A stretch of 63,739 nucleotides of DNA, the filler included, from Octopus bimaculoides (Eukaryota), in NCBI RefSeq assembly GCF_001194135.2. It is 10 parts of 9 records of this genome, joined end to end, with 100 filler letters (N's around TTAATTAATTAA, not from the genome) between each part and the next. Parts side by side here need not be neighbours in the genome. Positions count along the whole stretch, not along the records: positions 2,532 to 15,682 come from NC_069008.1; positions 15,783 to 26,164 come from NC_068985.1; 8 more parts are not named here. One strand, written 5' to 3'. Numbering within the stretch: the first letter of the stretch is position 1; each line of letters opens with the position of its first letter. Positions 11,556 to 24,714 of the stretch are shown piece after piece. A program made the translations under genes and the position numbers. Below the pieces are notes generated by a model. It made no database searches. It had not been told where the DNA came from and saw only the letters and a list, made by a program, of their open reading frames with translations.

Positions 11556-13132
11556 NNNNNNNNNNNNNNNNNNNNNNNNNNNNNNNNNNNNNNNNNNNNN
11601 NNNNNNNNNNNNNNNNNNNNNNNNNNNNNNNNNNNNNNNNNNNNNNNNNNNNNNNNNNNNNNNNNNNNNNNNNNNNNNNNNNNNNNNNNNNNNNNNNNNN
11701 NNNNNNNNNNNNNNNNNNNNNNNNNNNNNNNNNNNNNNNNNNNNNNNNNNNNNNNNNNNNNNNNNNNNNNNNNNNNNNNNNNNNNNNNNNNNNNNNNNNN
11801 NNNNNNNNNNNNNNNNNNNNNNNNNNNNNNNNNNNNNNNNNNNNNNNNNNNNNNNNNNNNNNNNNNNNNNNNNNNNNNNNNNNNNNNNNNNNNNNNNNNN
11901 NNNNNNNNNNNNNNNNNNNNNNNNNNNNNNNNNNNNNNNNNNNNNNNNNNNNNNNNNNNNNNNAATGTGTGTTCTTGTGTATCAGAAGGGAAAAAGCAAA
12001 AAGTACACGGAATGGAACGAAACAGTACGACAAAGAGGGATATATATATATATATATATATATAAAGAGAGAGAGAAAGAGAGAGAGTGTGTGTGTGCAT
12101 GTGCTAGAGAAAGAGGAAAAGGAAGAGAGGAGTAAAATATAAGAGTAAGGGAGCATAGGTTGATAGATAGAGAGATAGATAGATAGATAGATAGATAGAG
12201 AGAGAGAGGGAGAGAGAGAGAGACAGACAGAGAGAGACGTAGGTAGACAGACAGACAGACAGATAGATAGATAAATAGATAGATAGGTAATGTATGTATG
12301 TATAGAAGAAGAGGAGAGAGGAAAATAAAGATTGGAACGAACGTTATGAGAGAAAGTAAGAGGAGAGAAAGCGAGAGAGAGAGAGAGAGAGAGAGGGGGG
12401 GGAGGAAGGGAGAGAGAAGTTGTTAGTGATAGCTTCGATTGAGTGCTGATCATCAACTGATTGAATAAATTTGATTTTAGAGTAGAATATAAGACTTGGG
12501 TAAACGGCAAATACGTGCCAACAAGCAATCTCAAAGGTGTGTTAGAGCTATTAGCTATTATGTATGTACATATATATGTTCATAGATACATAAACGCATA
12601 CATACATACATACATAATATTCATACACACACACATATGCATATGTACATATATATGTATGTTTATATATGTACATATGTATTCATATGGCAATTTTTTT
12701 CCTCCTTCTTCCTTTTCTTTTGGACTTTCCTGTTTCCGAATAAGAGCTTTGCTCGAAACATAAAACGACCACTCTTTCTTTCCTTCTCTGGGCGTCTTAT
12801 GAATACTTTGCATATACCACGTCCTCGCATTGTTGTTTTTTCTTGTCTTTTTTCTCCGTTTTTTTTTTTCATTATATATATATAATATAGTGAAGGGAGA
12901 GAACTTACAATGTTTTTTGAATGTGGAGAGATAAGCGTTTGTCAACGCTTTTGGCAGAATTGAAATGACGTAGGTATGTATATATATACAGGCAGGAAGT
13001 GAGCAAGGGACGAGACAAGTAATCTCGTTTACTTCCTGTTAACCAGCGAGGCAGGTAATCTCGTCTACTTCCCGTTAAAAAGGAGAGTTGAGAGGACAGG
13101 CGTAGATAGTACAAAATACGAGAGGAAGCTGC

Positions 13133-13886
13133 AGACATAAAAATATCTTGAAATACTAAAGAGTAAAGTTATTCAATAAAATCGCCATTGGCTTCAACCA
13201 CGGCCTCCAGAATCTCCTGCAACTCTTCTGGACGGTCTCCTTGTTTAAGTTGGTGAATGCTGCCATAACCCTTGCCTTCAGTTCATCTTTGGTGTTACAA
13301 GGAGTTTTGTTGGTCTTTCGCTCAACTGCGCTCCACACATAATAATCAAGGGAGTTGCAATTTGGGGAGTTAGGTGGCCAGATGGTAGGAGTGATGTGGT
13401 CGCATAAATTGTCTGACAGCCATGATTGGGCTCTCCTGCTTGTGTGACAGGGTGCAGAGTCCTGTTGCCAGACAGAGTCCTGTCTTCCAGCAGCCATCCT
13501 CTTGAGCGAGGGCAACACTGTCTCCTCCAGGCACTCGATGCAGGCCTCCGTGTTGAGTGTGACGCTGTGTGGGAAGATGAATGGAAGCATAACGTCTCCA
13601 TCAATAGTGATCACTCCAAACACCATGATTGACACTCAAACACCATGATTGACACTCAAACACTCTGAAATGTTCGTATTGGAGCTGCCAGCGCGAATGG
13701 CAAGCAGTACAGCACTTCATTTCCAAACTTCTGGCATAGTGAATTGCGTGATGGTGCTGTCTTTCTCATAGACGGTACCCAGCTGACCGTACTATAATGT
13801 GCAGTCGATGAAATCAAGAACAAACAATGCGCTTGCGCGAAATTAAAAATATAAAATGGCGACAATTTACCCATCGCACCCAATAT
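13133..13886 (-). mobile_element. IS630-Tc1-mariner DD37D (maT-type) internally deleted transposon
   Basis: ORF 13156-13635 contains QQDSAPCH...WPPNSPNCNSLDYY, with 37 residues between the last two Asp. A short N-terminal piece (MPEVWK..AIRAGSSNTNISECL) is joined directly to the catalytic half. A TIR-like end, TATTGGGTGCGATGGGTAAATTGTCGCC, abuts the gap. Confidence 0.88.
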
Positions 13887-14470
13887 NNNNNNNNNNNNNN
13901 NNNNNNNNNNNNNNNNNNNNNNNNNNNNNNNNNNNNNNNNNNNNNNNNNNNNNNNNNNNNNNNNNNNNNNNNNNNNNNNNNNNNNNNNNNNNNNNNNNNN
14001 NNNNNNNNNNNNNNNNNNNNNNNNNNNNNNNNNNNNNNNNNNNNNNNNNNNNNNNNNNNNNNNNNNNNNNNNNNNNNNNNNNNNNNNNNNNNNNNNNNNN
14101 NNNNNNNNNNNNNNNNNNNNNNNNNNNNNNNNNNNNNNNNNNNNNNNNNNNNNNNNNNNNNNNNNNNNNNNNNNNNNNNNNNNNNNNNNNNNNNNNNNNN
14201 NNNNNNNNNNNNNNNNNNNNNNNNNNNNNNNNNNNNNNNNNNNNNNNNNNNNNNNNNNNNNNNNNNNNNNNNNNNNNNNNNNNNNNNNNNNNNNNNNNNN
14301 NNNNNNNNNNNNNNNNNNNNNNNNNNNNNNNNNNNNNNNNNNNNNNNNNNNNNNNNNNNNNNNNNNNNNNNNNNNNNNNNNNNNNNNNNNNNNNNNNNNN
14401 NNNNNNNNNNNNNNNNNNNNNNNNNNNNNNNNNNNNNNNNNNNNNNNNNNNNNNNNNNNNNNNNNNNNNN

Positions 14471-14502
<32 letters not shown>

Positions 14503-14673
14503 TGTATATATATATATATCTATATATGTGTGTATATATGTCTATATATGTATGTATGTATATATATATATATATCTGTATATATATATGTATTTATATA
14601 TATATATACATACATATATATACAGATATGTACACACATACAAATACGGAAACACACACACACACACACACGC

Positions 14674-14708
<35 letters not shown>

Positions 14709-15516
14709 CACATATATACATATATGTATGTATGTATGTATGTATGTTTATGTAAATACATGCATGCGTATATACAAACGTGCACACCACAAAAAAGCGT
14801 ATTCAAATATCAAACAATCAAATACACACACATGCAAAACACACACATACACACACACACAGATTCAGAAAAAGTAATTTTCGGTCCCATCCAAATCAGA
14901 TTAAACCAGAGAGCAATGAAAACAATTATTTTATCGTCGTTTCCTTCAAATTTTTTCTTCGGCTCTTCCATCCTTCTCCCTTCACCCCCCGCTTCTCCTG
15001 GTTCTCTGTCTAATCTGTTATTTATATTGTATATTGGTATTATGAAGAACGTTATCCGTTCTTCTTCTTCTGTCCCCCTCATCCTTCGCCCTTGTTGCAA
15101 ATAAATGAAATCCTCCTCCTCATCATTATTATTATTATTGTTGTTGTTGTATTGTTATTATTACTACTACTATTATTATTATTACTATTATTATTATTAT
15201 TAGTAGTAGTAGTAATAGTCCCTTCTTTATCTTTTTCATTTACGCTTCTTCTTCTTCTTCATGATCATAATCATCACCACCGCATTTTCCTTATCTTTCT
15301 TATCTTTTCCTTGTGTTTCTTTTAGACTTCGTGCAGTTTCATTGTTCCACTTTGTGTATGTTTCTTTTTTTTTATTCTGTTCAAATTCACGTGCAAGTGT
15401 TCGGAGTGAGGAAGGGAAAAATTTTCTTGTAAGCGTTTGTAGTTAAATACGTAAAAACTGTAACTCAAACACCGCCATCTATGTATACGTGTATACTCTT
15501 CTGTTTTTAGTTCCCA

Positions 15517-15559
<43 letters not shown>

Positions 15560-15782
15560 GTGTGTGTGTGTGTGCGTGCGTGTGCGTATACAATATATAT
15601 GTACACACATTTACACGATATATATACATATATATCATATATATTTGTATATATATATATATATATGATATATGTATATATANNNNNNNNNNNNNNNNNN
15701 NNNNNNNNNNNNNNNNNNNNNNNNNNTTAATTAATTAANNNNNNNNNNNNNNNNNNNNNNNNNNNNNNNNNNNNNNNNNNNN

Positions 15783-15832
<50 letters not shown>

Positions 15833-16289
15833 ATATATATATACACACACATACATACGTGCACGCACGTATGCTTGTATGTGTAACTTGTCCTGTTATG
15901 ATTTTCATATTTTACCCTGTTTTTGCTATCGATTTTAGTATCAGCTCTCGTGTGATTATCGTCTCTCAGATATCAATTTTTATGTAAATTAATATTTATT
16001 AAATACCGCATCCCTATCCCCCCAGCCCCATTTCTCACTCTTTTCATTTTTGAAAGTTTAATTTCAATACTATCACCACCACCACCAACAACAACAACAA
16101 CATCAACGCCAGTACAACTAGATTATTTCCATCCGTGTCACCCACCCTAACAGCCGTGCTAGAACATCATCATCATCATCATCATCATCATCAGCGTCAT
16201 CATCATCAGCATCATTAGCTTCATCATCAACAATATACTCAACAACGCCGTGCTTGTAGGTTATCTGATTTAGTCTCTATCCCTCGTGT

Positions 16290-16516
16290 CCCTCTCTCTT
16301 AGTCTCTCTTTCATTCATTCTTTCTGTCTTCCTTTCCTTCCTTCCTTCTTTCCTTCCTGCCTTCCTTTCTTCCTTCCTTTCTTTCTTTCTTTCTTTCTTT
16401 CTTCCTTTCTTTCTTTCTTTCTTTCTTTCTTACATTCATTCTTTCTGTCTTCCTTTCCTTCCTTCTTTCCTTCCTGCCTTCCTTTCTTCCTTTCTTTCTT
16501 TCTTTCTTTCTTTCCT

Positions 16517-16580
<64 letters not shown>

Positions 16581-17034
16581 TNNNNNNNNNNNNNNNNNNN
16601 NNNNNNNNNNNNNNNNNNNNNNNNNNNNNNNNNNNNNNNNNNNNNNNNNNNNNNNNNNNNNNNNNNNNNNNNNNNNNNNNNNNNNNNNNNNNNNNNNNNN
16701 NNNNNNNNNNNNNNNNNNNNNNNNNNNNNNNNNNNNNNNNNNNNNNNNNNNNNNNNNNNNNNNNNNNNNNNNNNNNNNNNNNNNNNNNNNNNNNNNNNNN
16801 NNNNNNNNNNNNNNNNNNNNNNNNNNNNNNNNNNNNNNNNNNNNNNNNNNNNNNNNNNNNNNNNNNNNNNNNNNNNNNNNNNNNNNNNNNNNNNNNNNNN
16901 NNNNNNNNNNNNNNNNNNNNNNNNNNNNNNNNNNNNNNNNNNNNNNNNNNNNNNNNNNNNNNNNNNNNNNNNNNNNNNNNNNNNNNNNNNNNNNNNNNNN
17001 NNTCTTCCTTTCTTTCTTTCTTTCTTTCTTTCCT

Positions 17035-17102
<68 letters not shown>

Positions 17103-17260
17103 TATCTCTTTCTCTCTGTCTCTCTCTCTGTCAGTCTCTTTCTGTCTGTCTCTCTCAGTCTCTGTCTGTCTGTCTGTCTGTCTCTGTCTCTCTGTCTCTC
17201 TGTCTCTCTCTCTCTCTGTCCCTCTCTCCTCCTTTCTCTCTCTCTCTCTCCCTCTCTCCC

Positions 17261-17333
<73 letters not shown>

Positions 17334-17400
17334 TTACATTTTTATATCTACATGTCTCTGTACGAGATCTGCTGGTCTGAGTTTCTTTCTCTCTCTCTCT
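16290..17400. repeat. Polypyrimidine tract (TTCC)n/(TTTC)n/(TCTG)n/(TC)n spanning a gap
   Basis: Directly visible. Confidence 0.95.
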
Positions 17401-17939
17401 CTTCATAACCATTTACCAACTCGTTTTCGATTTCGACATTTCCCTGACAATTAATTTTTCTCTACAACCATCTGGCTTCATTCGCTCTAAAAGAATGTCT
17501 ATCTCAGTATTTCAGATATTCTCGCAAGATTGCCTCAATATTAGACTACATTTTCGCTCAAACTTTCCGTCTCTTAATTCCCTCGTTATTCTCAAAGACG
17601 CCACAAACGACAACCTCTATTAAAGTTATAATTTACCATAATCCTAGTCACTTTACTCCCACACTTTGGCATTCGAAGCTCCTCATATTTAACTAGAAAC
17701 TAAGTTTCCTTTTGAAATATTTCTCTTGATGTTTTCTTTCTCTATTTCATCATGTAATCGGTATTCCGAATGTCTTTTCCGATGTTATTAGTCTTATGGC
17801 TCTTCTCATTTTCCAATTCTTGATTACTTTTCTCTTTTCCTTCATCTTTCTTTCCTCTCTCTTTTTCCATNNNNNNNNNNCCCGTCTTATATATATATAC
17901 ACCACCTGTCCTCGTCTGTTGTTATTTTTTGTATATTCT

Positions 17940-17977
<38 letters not shown>

Positions 17978-18289
17978 CCAAGAGAGTTAGGGGTTGTGAA
18001 TCCAACTCACTAAGGTATAATACTTATCTAATATACTGTGTTGGGAGGGTGCCCAATTATTATTGCACTAGTATTTTTACCAAGTGTAATAAATGGGTGC
18101 GGCTAAAAGGAAGTTTTAGCTTAAATTTATATAGCAATAAGAAAATGGAGGGGAATATGTGGTACTCATCAACTTGCAGACACTGTACTGTGTTAATTAA
18201 CTTGTTTATTTTTCAACCAAAAGGACAATAAAAACAATACACAAACACATATATATATATATACATACATATATATTCATACACACACA

Positions 18290-18333
<44 letters not shown>

Positions 18334-18351
18334 ACACACACACACATAACG

Positions 18352-18384
<33 letters not shown>

Positions 18385-18429
18385 GTGTGTGTGTGTGTGA
18401 GAGAGAGAGAGTATGTATGTATGTATGTA

Positions 18430-18570
18430 TTTGTGTCTGTGTTTGTCCACCGCCATTGCTTAACAATCGATGTTGGTTTGTTTACGTCTCCATAACTTAG
18501 CAGGTTAGTCTCCGACTAAGGCGGTGCTCCAGCATCGCTGCAATCAAAATGACTGAAACAAGTAAAAAAA
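18430..18570 (+). mobile_element. SINE A 3' fragment with internal deletion
   Basis: Ends in the family tail GGCGGTGCTCCAGCAT...AATGACTGAAACAAG. Confidence 0.8.
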
Positions 18571-19169
18571 AGTTGTGTGCACGCGCGTGTTTGTGTATGT
18601 ATGAATCATACATAAAGCAGATATATTGTTGAAGGCTGGAGTAATTTGTCTCGAGGAAGCATCTTTTACAGACGTACACCATTAAAAACTTAGAAATATA
18701 ACATCAGACGAAAATTGTCTAGTATTTCTGCGTCCTTGAGCTTCGTCAGTGGAAAGTATTCACAGGCCGCTGCACAATATATGGTTGTATTTTATTTTCT
18801 GATCCCGAAATTAAAGGTGGCACCACTGCTTGAATTCAGACGAGAGGAAGATTTAACCCCTCTCTTTTAATGCTTGTTGTTCTTGTTCTTGTTTCAACCA
18901 TGGCTGCCCCTGCTTAGTTATTTGTGTTGTTGTTTACTTTGTAAAACAGTAAGGGGAGAGGGTTGCTAGCACATCATCCTCTTCCCGCATTTTTCCCATC
19001 CACATTTTTACCATATGGGGCCCTAACAAAATCCGATAGTAGGTATAGATGCAAATCTATCTAATTACTTGTCTCCTAAAATCAGGTATAACCTGGCGAT
19101 CGGTCGACTTACCACAACATTTTCCGTCTCGAGTTAACTTGGTAGAGTGTGTTTGTTAACTTCACAACA

Positions 19170-19271
19170 AAGTCAAAGTGAGCTCTGATTGGCTGTATGC
19201 AAATTAGTATAAACTCATTTGCATACAACCAATCAGAGCTGAGAGTCCGGAACTCTCGTGGGAAAAAATTT
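19170..19271. mobile_element. Second copy of the right end of the 7430-7923 TIR element, with an intact 24-bp palindrome
   Basis: Arms 19181-19204 and 19217-19240 differ by one mismatch and are followed by CCGGAACTCTCGTGGGAAAAAATTT. Confidence 0.6.
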
Positions 19272-20599
19272 AGACCGGGCCAAAGCTGGCTCGGGAACAA
19301 CAACAATTATAACACTTCCGTTCTCTTCCTCAAACCATGTGCTGCTATTTCAAGAACATCTAAGGTGTGATTTGAGAAAGTAGAAAGAAGTGAAATAAAG
19401 GATGATGTAGTCCTTATCAAGCACCGAATATGAACGGGTCACCGTATCTGAGTGCCTGCGATCATAAGCTTTCCATCCACCTTTTTTTTTCTTTTGGACT
19501 ACATCACGAAATTTGCCTTCTTTTGTTTAAGACGGTTGTGATTATATTAGTCTTGGCTGCTATTTCCCCGATTTTTTTGCTTGACAATTAACGAAAAATT
19601 GCAAACGTATCAGTAACCTTTGTGCACATGCGCTTTTGCCACTTCTTTTATCTATTACATATTGAGGCTGTGACAGTGGGGAGAGAGAGAGAGAGAGGGA
19701 GCGTGAGAGAGAGGGAGAGAGAAGAACGAGGCAGAGAAACTGACCGACAGACAAGCAGACAGAGACGGCAGCGCGAATAAGAAAGAGTGAATTTAAGTTC
19801 TCCCTAGTGAATGGTACTCAAAGACGAGTGTAGTGTCTTTACGGCAATCAGTAAAGACGTGGTCCTTAGGTAAGACATTCAATGAGTGAATACAACGAAG
19901 AGGCTCCTAACAGCCGTCTATAGTCACGAAGGTGGAGTTCAATCAAACACTATATGTTATCAAAACACAAATCAGTTCTACAGAGCTACTGTCACAGAGC
20001 GACAAACATGATTAAGATAAGAATGAATAATGGACAATGGTACACAGATAACATTCTGCAAGTGAGAGAATAACGAACCACCGACTTCCTGCTTGGTTAT
20101 TATGGTATACTAATATCACTATTTCACTCTGTAAATCACGTTCACATTCTGTCTCCTGTGCTTACTATGACAAACAGACGATAGACTGAGCTCTGTGACT
20201 GACGTATCAACTCATTTCCTTCTCCCTGGATAAGGATTCTTTTCTAAAACATTTGATTCATCTTATCGCCATATTTGATACATCTTATTACAAATCAGCT
20301 TATGTCGCAGTAAGTGAAAAACAGACTATTAGCATGTGACTTCTATGGATCTTTTTCTTTATAATTCCTTAACTTCAAACTGGAATTTCTAATCCCGCCA
20401 AATATGGAAAAGAAAAAAAAATCTAACTTTTAATACCTGCGACCACTAGAAGAAACACACGAGTTCGGAAAACTCATTTCAATTGATGTTTAATATTTTT
20501 AATGAACTTTTAGGGGCAAACATCCACTTTAACCATACCAGAAACGAAGGTTCTCTTTTATATCAGTTCATTATTTCATGAATAATTTTGAAAGCTTCC

Positions 20600-20800
20600 G
20601 CAAGGTTCGATTACCTCTAACACCTCCATGTTTTCGATCTCTTACCAGTCCTGCGAACCTGGTTAGATTGAGATGTGGTTCATATGCAGTTTGAGCGGTC
20701 GAAGGTAAAGAGGAGAAAATTTGGTGAGGAAGAGAATTTGCAGAAGGCTGGTGGTGTGTGGAAGATGGTTGATGTATAGCAGGCACTGTGGGTTCCGTAA
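20600..20800 (-). mobile_element. Highly decayed CR1-group LINE RT fragment
   Basis: PQCLLYINHLPHTTS resembles the LLxINDLP RT motif. Confidence 0.35.
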
Positions 20801-21571
20801 AGGATTAAATATAGCATTCGAAGGGAATACATAGGGGTTTCACATGAGCCTGTGTGTAGATATTATGCAATCACTTTTTTTCATGTAGCAGAGACCGTTG
20901 CAGTAGTGATAGATTGGGCGGGGACAGGAGAAAGTGAGTCTTTACCAATCACTTGGATAACCTTCTTTTTGATGTTTGTGCGTGTGCGTGCGAGGATATG
21001 TAGTAGTAGATCAATCCAGAAAGAAAACAAAACGAAAATCTCATTTATAGCGATGAAAACTCCAACCACACTCCATTGTTTTCAGAATCTCGTCAATATT
21101 ATCACGATCTTAATTATACTGGTCAATCGGTGTTCTTATCTGAAATATATAGAGAACTAGCGGATAAAGGAAGCTGAAGTATTTCTTACTGTTGATGGTG
21201 TAAGCTAAAATTCAGTTTTTTTTTATTGTATATTATAGGATATATTGTATATATGAAAACATCATAAAATTAGGAAGCCTAGAAATTGTAGCGAATGAAC
21301 GGATTTAATCGAGCATTGTTCAAGTATTTGGTTGCTATTTCTAGTAGAATAAGAGATTGCGTAGAAGCTTCCATCATTTACTTCAATGTCAGAGTCTTAG
21401 TAAGGTTGCTGATATATATATATTACTTTTCATTTGACTGCGTATATCCTGTCCAATACTGCCCTCAGTCGCTTGTTAAAATACTAAAATATAGTTTTTA
21501 ACCTTTATACGATTGCTTGATTGACTCGAAATAGCAGCTGGTCTTTCTCAAATCATATACTGCTCCATTAA

Positions 21572-21779
21572 CCCTTTAACCTTCAAATATAATGCATATA
21601 TATTCACATGGTTTCTGAATTAATCATGCGTTATCTCGTAGATTTGAGATTTTCCCGACCATTAAAGTATATTTTTAGAATGACATTGTAGGTAGGTGTG
21701 AGAGGCCGGATCTGGCTAGTTTGAACACGAAACAGGTAGAACATTTAGGCCAGAAATGTCCGGTTTAAATGCTAAATGG
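21572..21779. mobile_element. piggyBac-like non-autonomous element
   Basis: TTAA|CCCTTTAAC ... GCTAAATGG|TTAA; TTAA at 21568-71 and 21780-83; TIRs imperfect. Confidence 0.55.
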
Positions 21780-22625
21780 TTAAATAAGGAAAGAATGAAT
21801 TTGATAATATCATCTTACAAAGAGGAAATGCACAGGGTGGTAATAAAGGAAATGCAGTTGATTAGGGCTCTGTTCGTTGAAGGTTGACCTGTGACTAGAA
21901 AAAGAGATGTAAAAGAACAGCAAAAGCAACAGCAAGAACAAGAACATCAATGATGTCAACGCCGACGGTGACAACATTGGCATTTTTAATTTAAGTTTCC
22001 GGTATCATTTAGGACTGAAGTGATCAGGTTTCCTTTATATATCCATCTATATTCATAATATTTTTGCCAGGAGGAAAGTGAAGCCTTGCAGTCTAATATA
22101 ACTTCTCGGTTAATAGCGGCAACAAAACTCTATTTAATTCCGGGTAGGTAGCTGCTTTTAAAATGATAAATGTAAAATGTACCGCATGACCTTTCAGCAT
22201 AACCTTCAACAACTCCGCGGGAGAGACGTCGAAATATTGATGGAGGAGGGCACTTAGTGTACAGGTAGCGTATAGCTATTCTGAGTCATACATCCTCTTT
22301 CGCCATTTTGGTAGATGTTTGAGTTTGGTTCGTCCTTATTCTTTCTACATTTTGTTCGACTCACGGCAGGGAGCTGTGTGAATTAATAAATGAAACGCAG
22401 GATTAATATTATGTCAGTAACAACATCAGCCCACCCAAACCTGAACATCTACACCCACCCACCCCCATGCCACTTCCTATTGATGCCGGTTCCGTGATTG
22501 ATGTTGGCAGGAATTGCTAATGTCTACGTTTGAGAGTAAGCCTCATTTGACAAGCTAAACTACAATAAAGCGCAGACAGACAAATCACATATTTATGCAT
22601 ATACATACAACAGCGAAACACATCA

Positions 22626-22707
<82 letters not shown>

Positions 22708-23425
22708 NNNNNNNNNNNCACATACACACACACATACACACACACATACACACACACACACATACACACACACGCGCATGCACGCACGCACACACGCACA
22801 CATACTGAATTACGTACATGCGCGCATACACACATATCTGTGTACATACATATACATGTACATACGTGCACAGATAGAAATGAGTATCGTACGTGTGTGT
22901 GTGTGTGTGTGTGTGCGTGTGTGTGTTTGCGTGAGTATGTGTATAAACATCTATATAGAAACTGTCATACACGCACGCATGCTTGTGTATGTTCCTATAC
23001 ATAAATACAATCATACATACATACATACATACATGGAGGCTGGAGTTTATAAACTATCATAAATTGAGAAACAGCCAACAAAGATCAAGTTAAAAGTTGA
23101 AGCAACAACAATGGCACACATACACACATCCAAAGAATGGAAAATTATTGTGGGAGAAATTATAGTGAGATTACCTCTATGTGTTCCCTCGAAATACTAG
23201 AAACTGTAGCGAAATCTCTCTCGATTTACGTTCTAGATCATTGAAAAACGACGGCTCGTCACGTTGGGCTATATAGCCCTAGTTAGAGATGCACTGATCA
23301 AGAAAAAGACTGATTTTGAACATAATTCTGCTAAACTAGAGCCGATATGAGTTCAAACAACAACAGCTCAACGGCTATAATGACATTAAAAGGGAACAAC
23401 AACTTGAAATGAAACATAAATAAAG

Positions 23426-23790
23426 AAACAAAAGCACTCATAGAGCGCAAACTTCCGTCAAGGCGACACCAACGTCCTCTCAACGATTAGCCAGAGATGA
23501 TTTTTAAAATGAGAATATCCGAAATAAACTCGACTGCTCTCATAAGCGAGAATATTAAAAATGAACCTGACCGCTCTCAAAAATTAAGTAAAAAAACCGG
23601 AAAAATAATCTAAAATCCTTGCCCCGTACCGGATCGATCCCCAAATCTAATCAGTTCGTACCAGCCTCGAGGCCAAACATCATTGAAAGTGTCATCCGAA
23701 TCCATCCAGTGGTTCTTGATATACCTTGTCCACGGACAAACAAACACGACTAAAAACAACACGTCTGTCTTCGCTAAGGCAGAAGTAATA
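23426..23790 (+). mobile_element. HINE/Helentron-like non-autonomous element
   Basis: 5' AAACAAAAGCACTCATAGAGCGCAAACTTCCGTCAAGGC and 3' hairpin TCTGTCTT-CGCT-AAGGCAGA followed by AGTAATA. The subterminal inverted repeats are degenerate, and the family assignment is from recalled architecture. Confidence 0.45.
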
Positions 23791-23825
23791 AACATATGAA
23801 AACCAATTAAAATGTAAACATAAAA

Positions 23826-23990
23826 CCGCAGGCGTCGCAGTGTCTTAAGACGTTTACTTCACAACCACACGGTTCTAGGTGCAGTCATACTGTAAAGCAC
23901 CTTGGGCAAGTATCTCCTACTGTATCCTCAAGGTGACCAAATCCCTGTGGGACAATGTGACAGACGGAAACTAAAAGAAGCTCGTCGTTT
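23826..23990 (+). mobile_element. SINE A, diverged 5' half
   Basis: GCACCTTGGGCAAGT CORE-like segment and GACGGAAACTAAAAGAAGCTCGTCG. Confidence 0.7.
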
Positions 23991-24273
23991 CCCCAATATG
24001 CCCGCAGCTATAGAGCTGTAAGGAATAAAGAATTGTACATATATATATATATATTTATATANNNNNNNNNNNNNNNNNNNNNNNNNNNNNNNNNNNNNNN
24101 NNNNNNNNNNNNNNNNNNNNNNNNNNNNNNNNNNNNNNNNNNNNNNNNNNNNNNNNNNNNNNNNNNNNNNNNNNNNNNNNNNNNNNNNNNNNNNNNNNNN
24201 NNNNNNNNNNNNNNNNNNNNNNNNNNNNNNNNNNTATATATATATATATATATATGTATATAAATATATATAT

Positions 24274-24677
24274 ACTTTTATTCTTTTATTCGTTTACAAG
24301 TTTCAGTCATCTGATTCCAGCCATGCTGGACCACCGCCTCATAGAGTTTTTTACTTGAAGAAATTGATTCCAGTACTTATTCTTCGTCAATATAGTACTT
24401 AATCTACTGGTCCCTTTTGCCGAACCGCTAGCATACGGGGGCGTAAACACACCAACACCGGTTGTCATGCGATGGTGGGGAGGACAAACACAGACACAAC
24501 GATACGCACACACACACACACATATGGCTTAGTTCAGTTTCCATCTACCAAATCCACTCATAAGGCTTTTGGTCGGCCCAAGGCTATAGTAGAAGACACT
24601 TGCCCACGCTGTGGGACTGAAGCCTGAACCATGTGGTTGGGAAGCAAATCTCTTACCACACAGCCACGCCTGCGCCT
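24274..24677 (-). mobile_element. SINE A, full length
   Basis: Aligns end to end to the family. Confidence 0.9.
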
Positions 24678-24714
24678 ATGTGTATCTATATATATATATA
24701 AAACGGTCAAGCCT

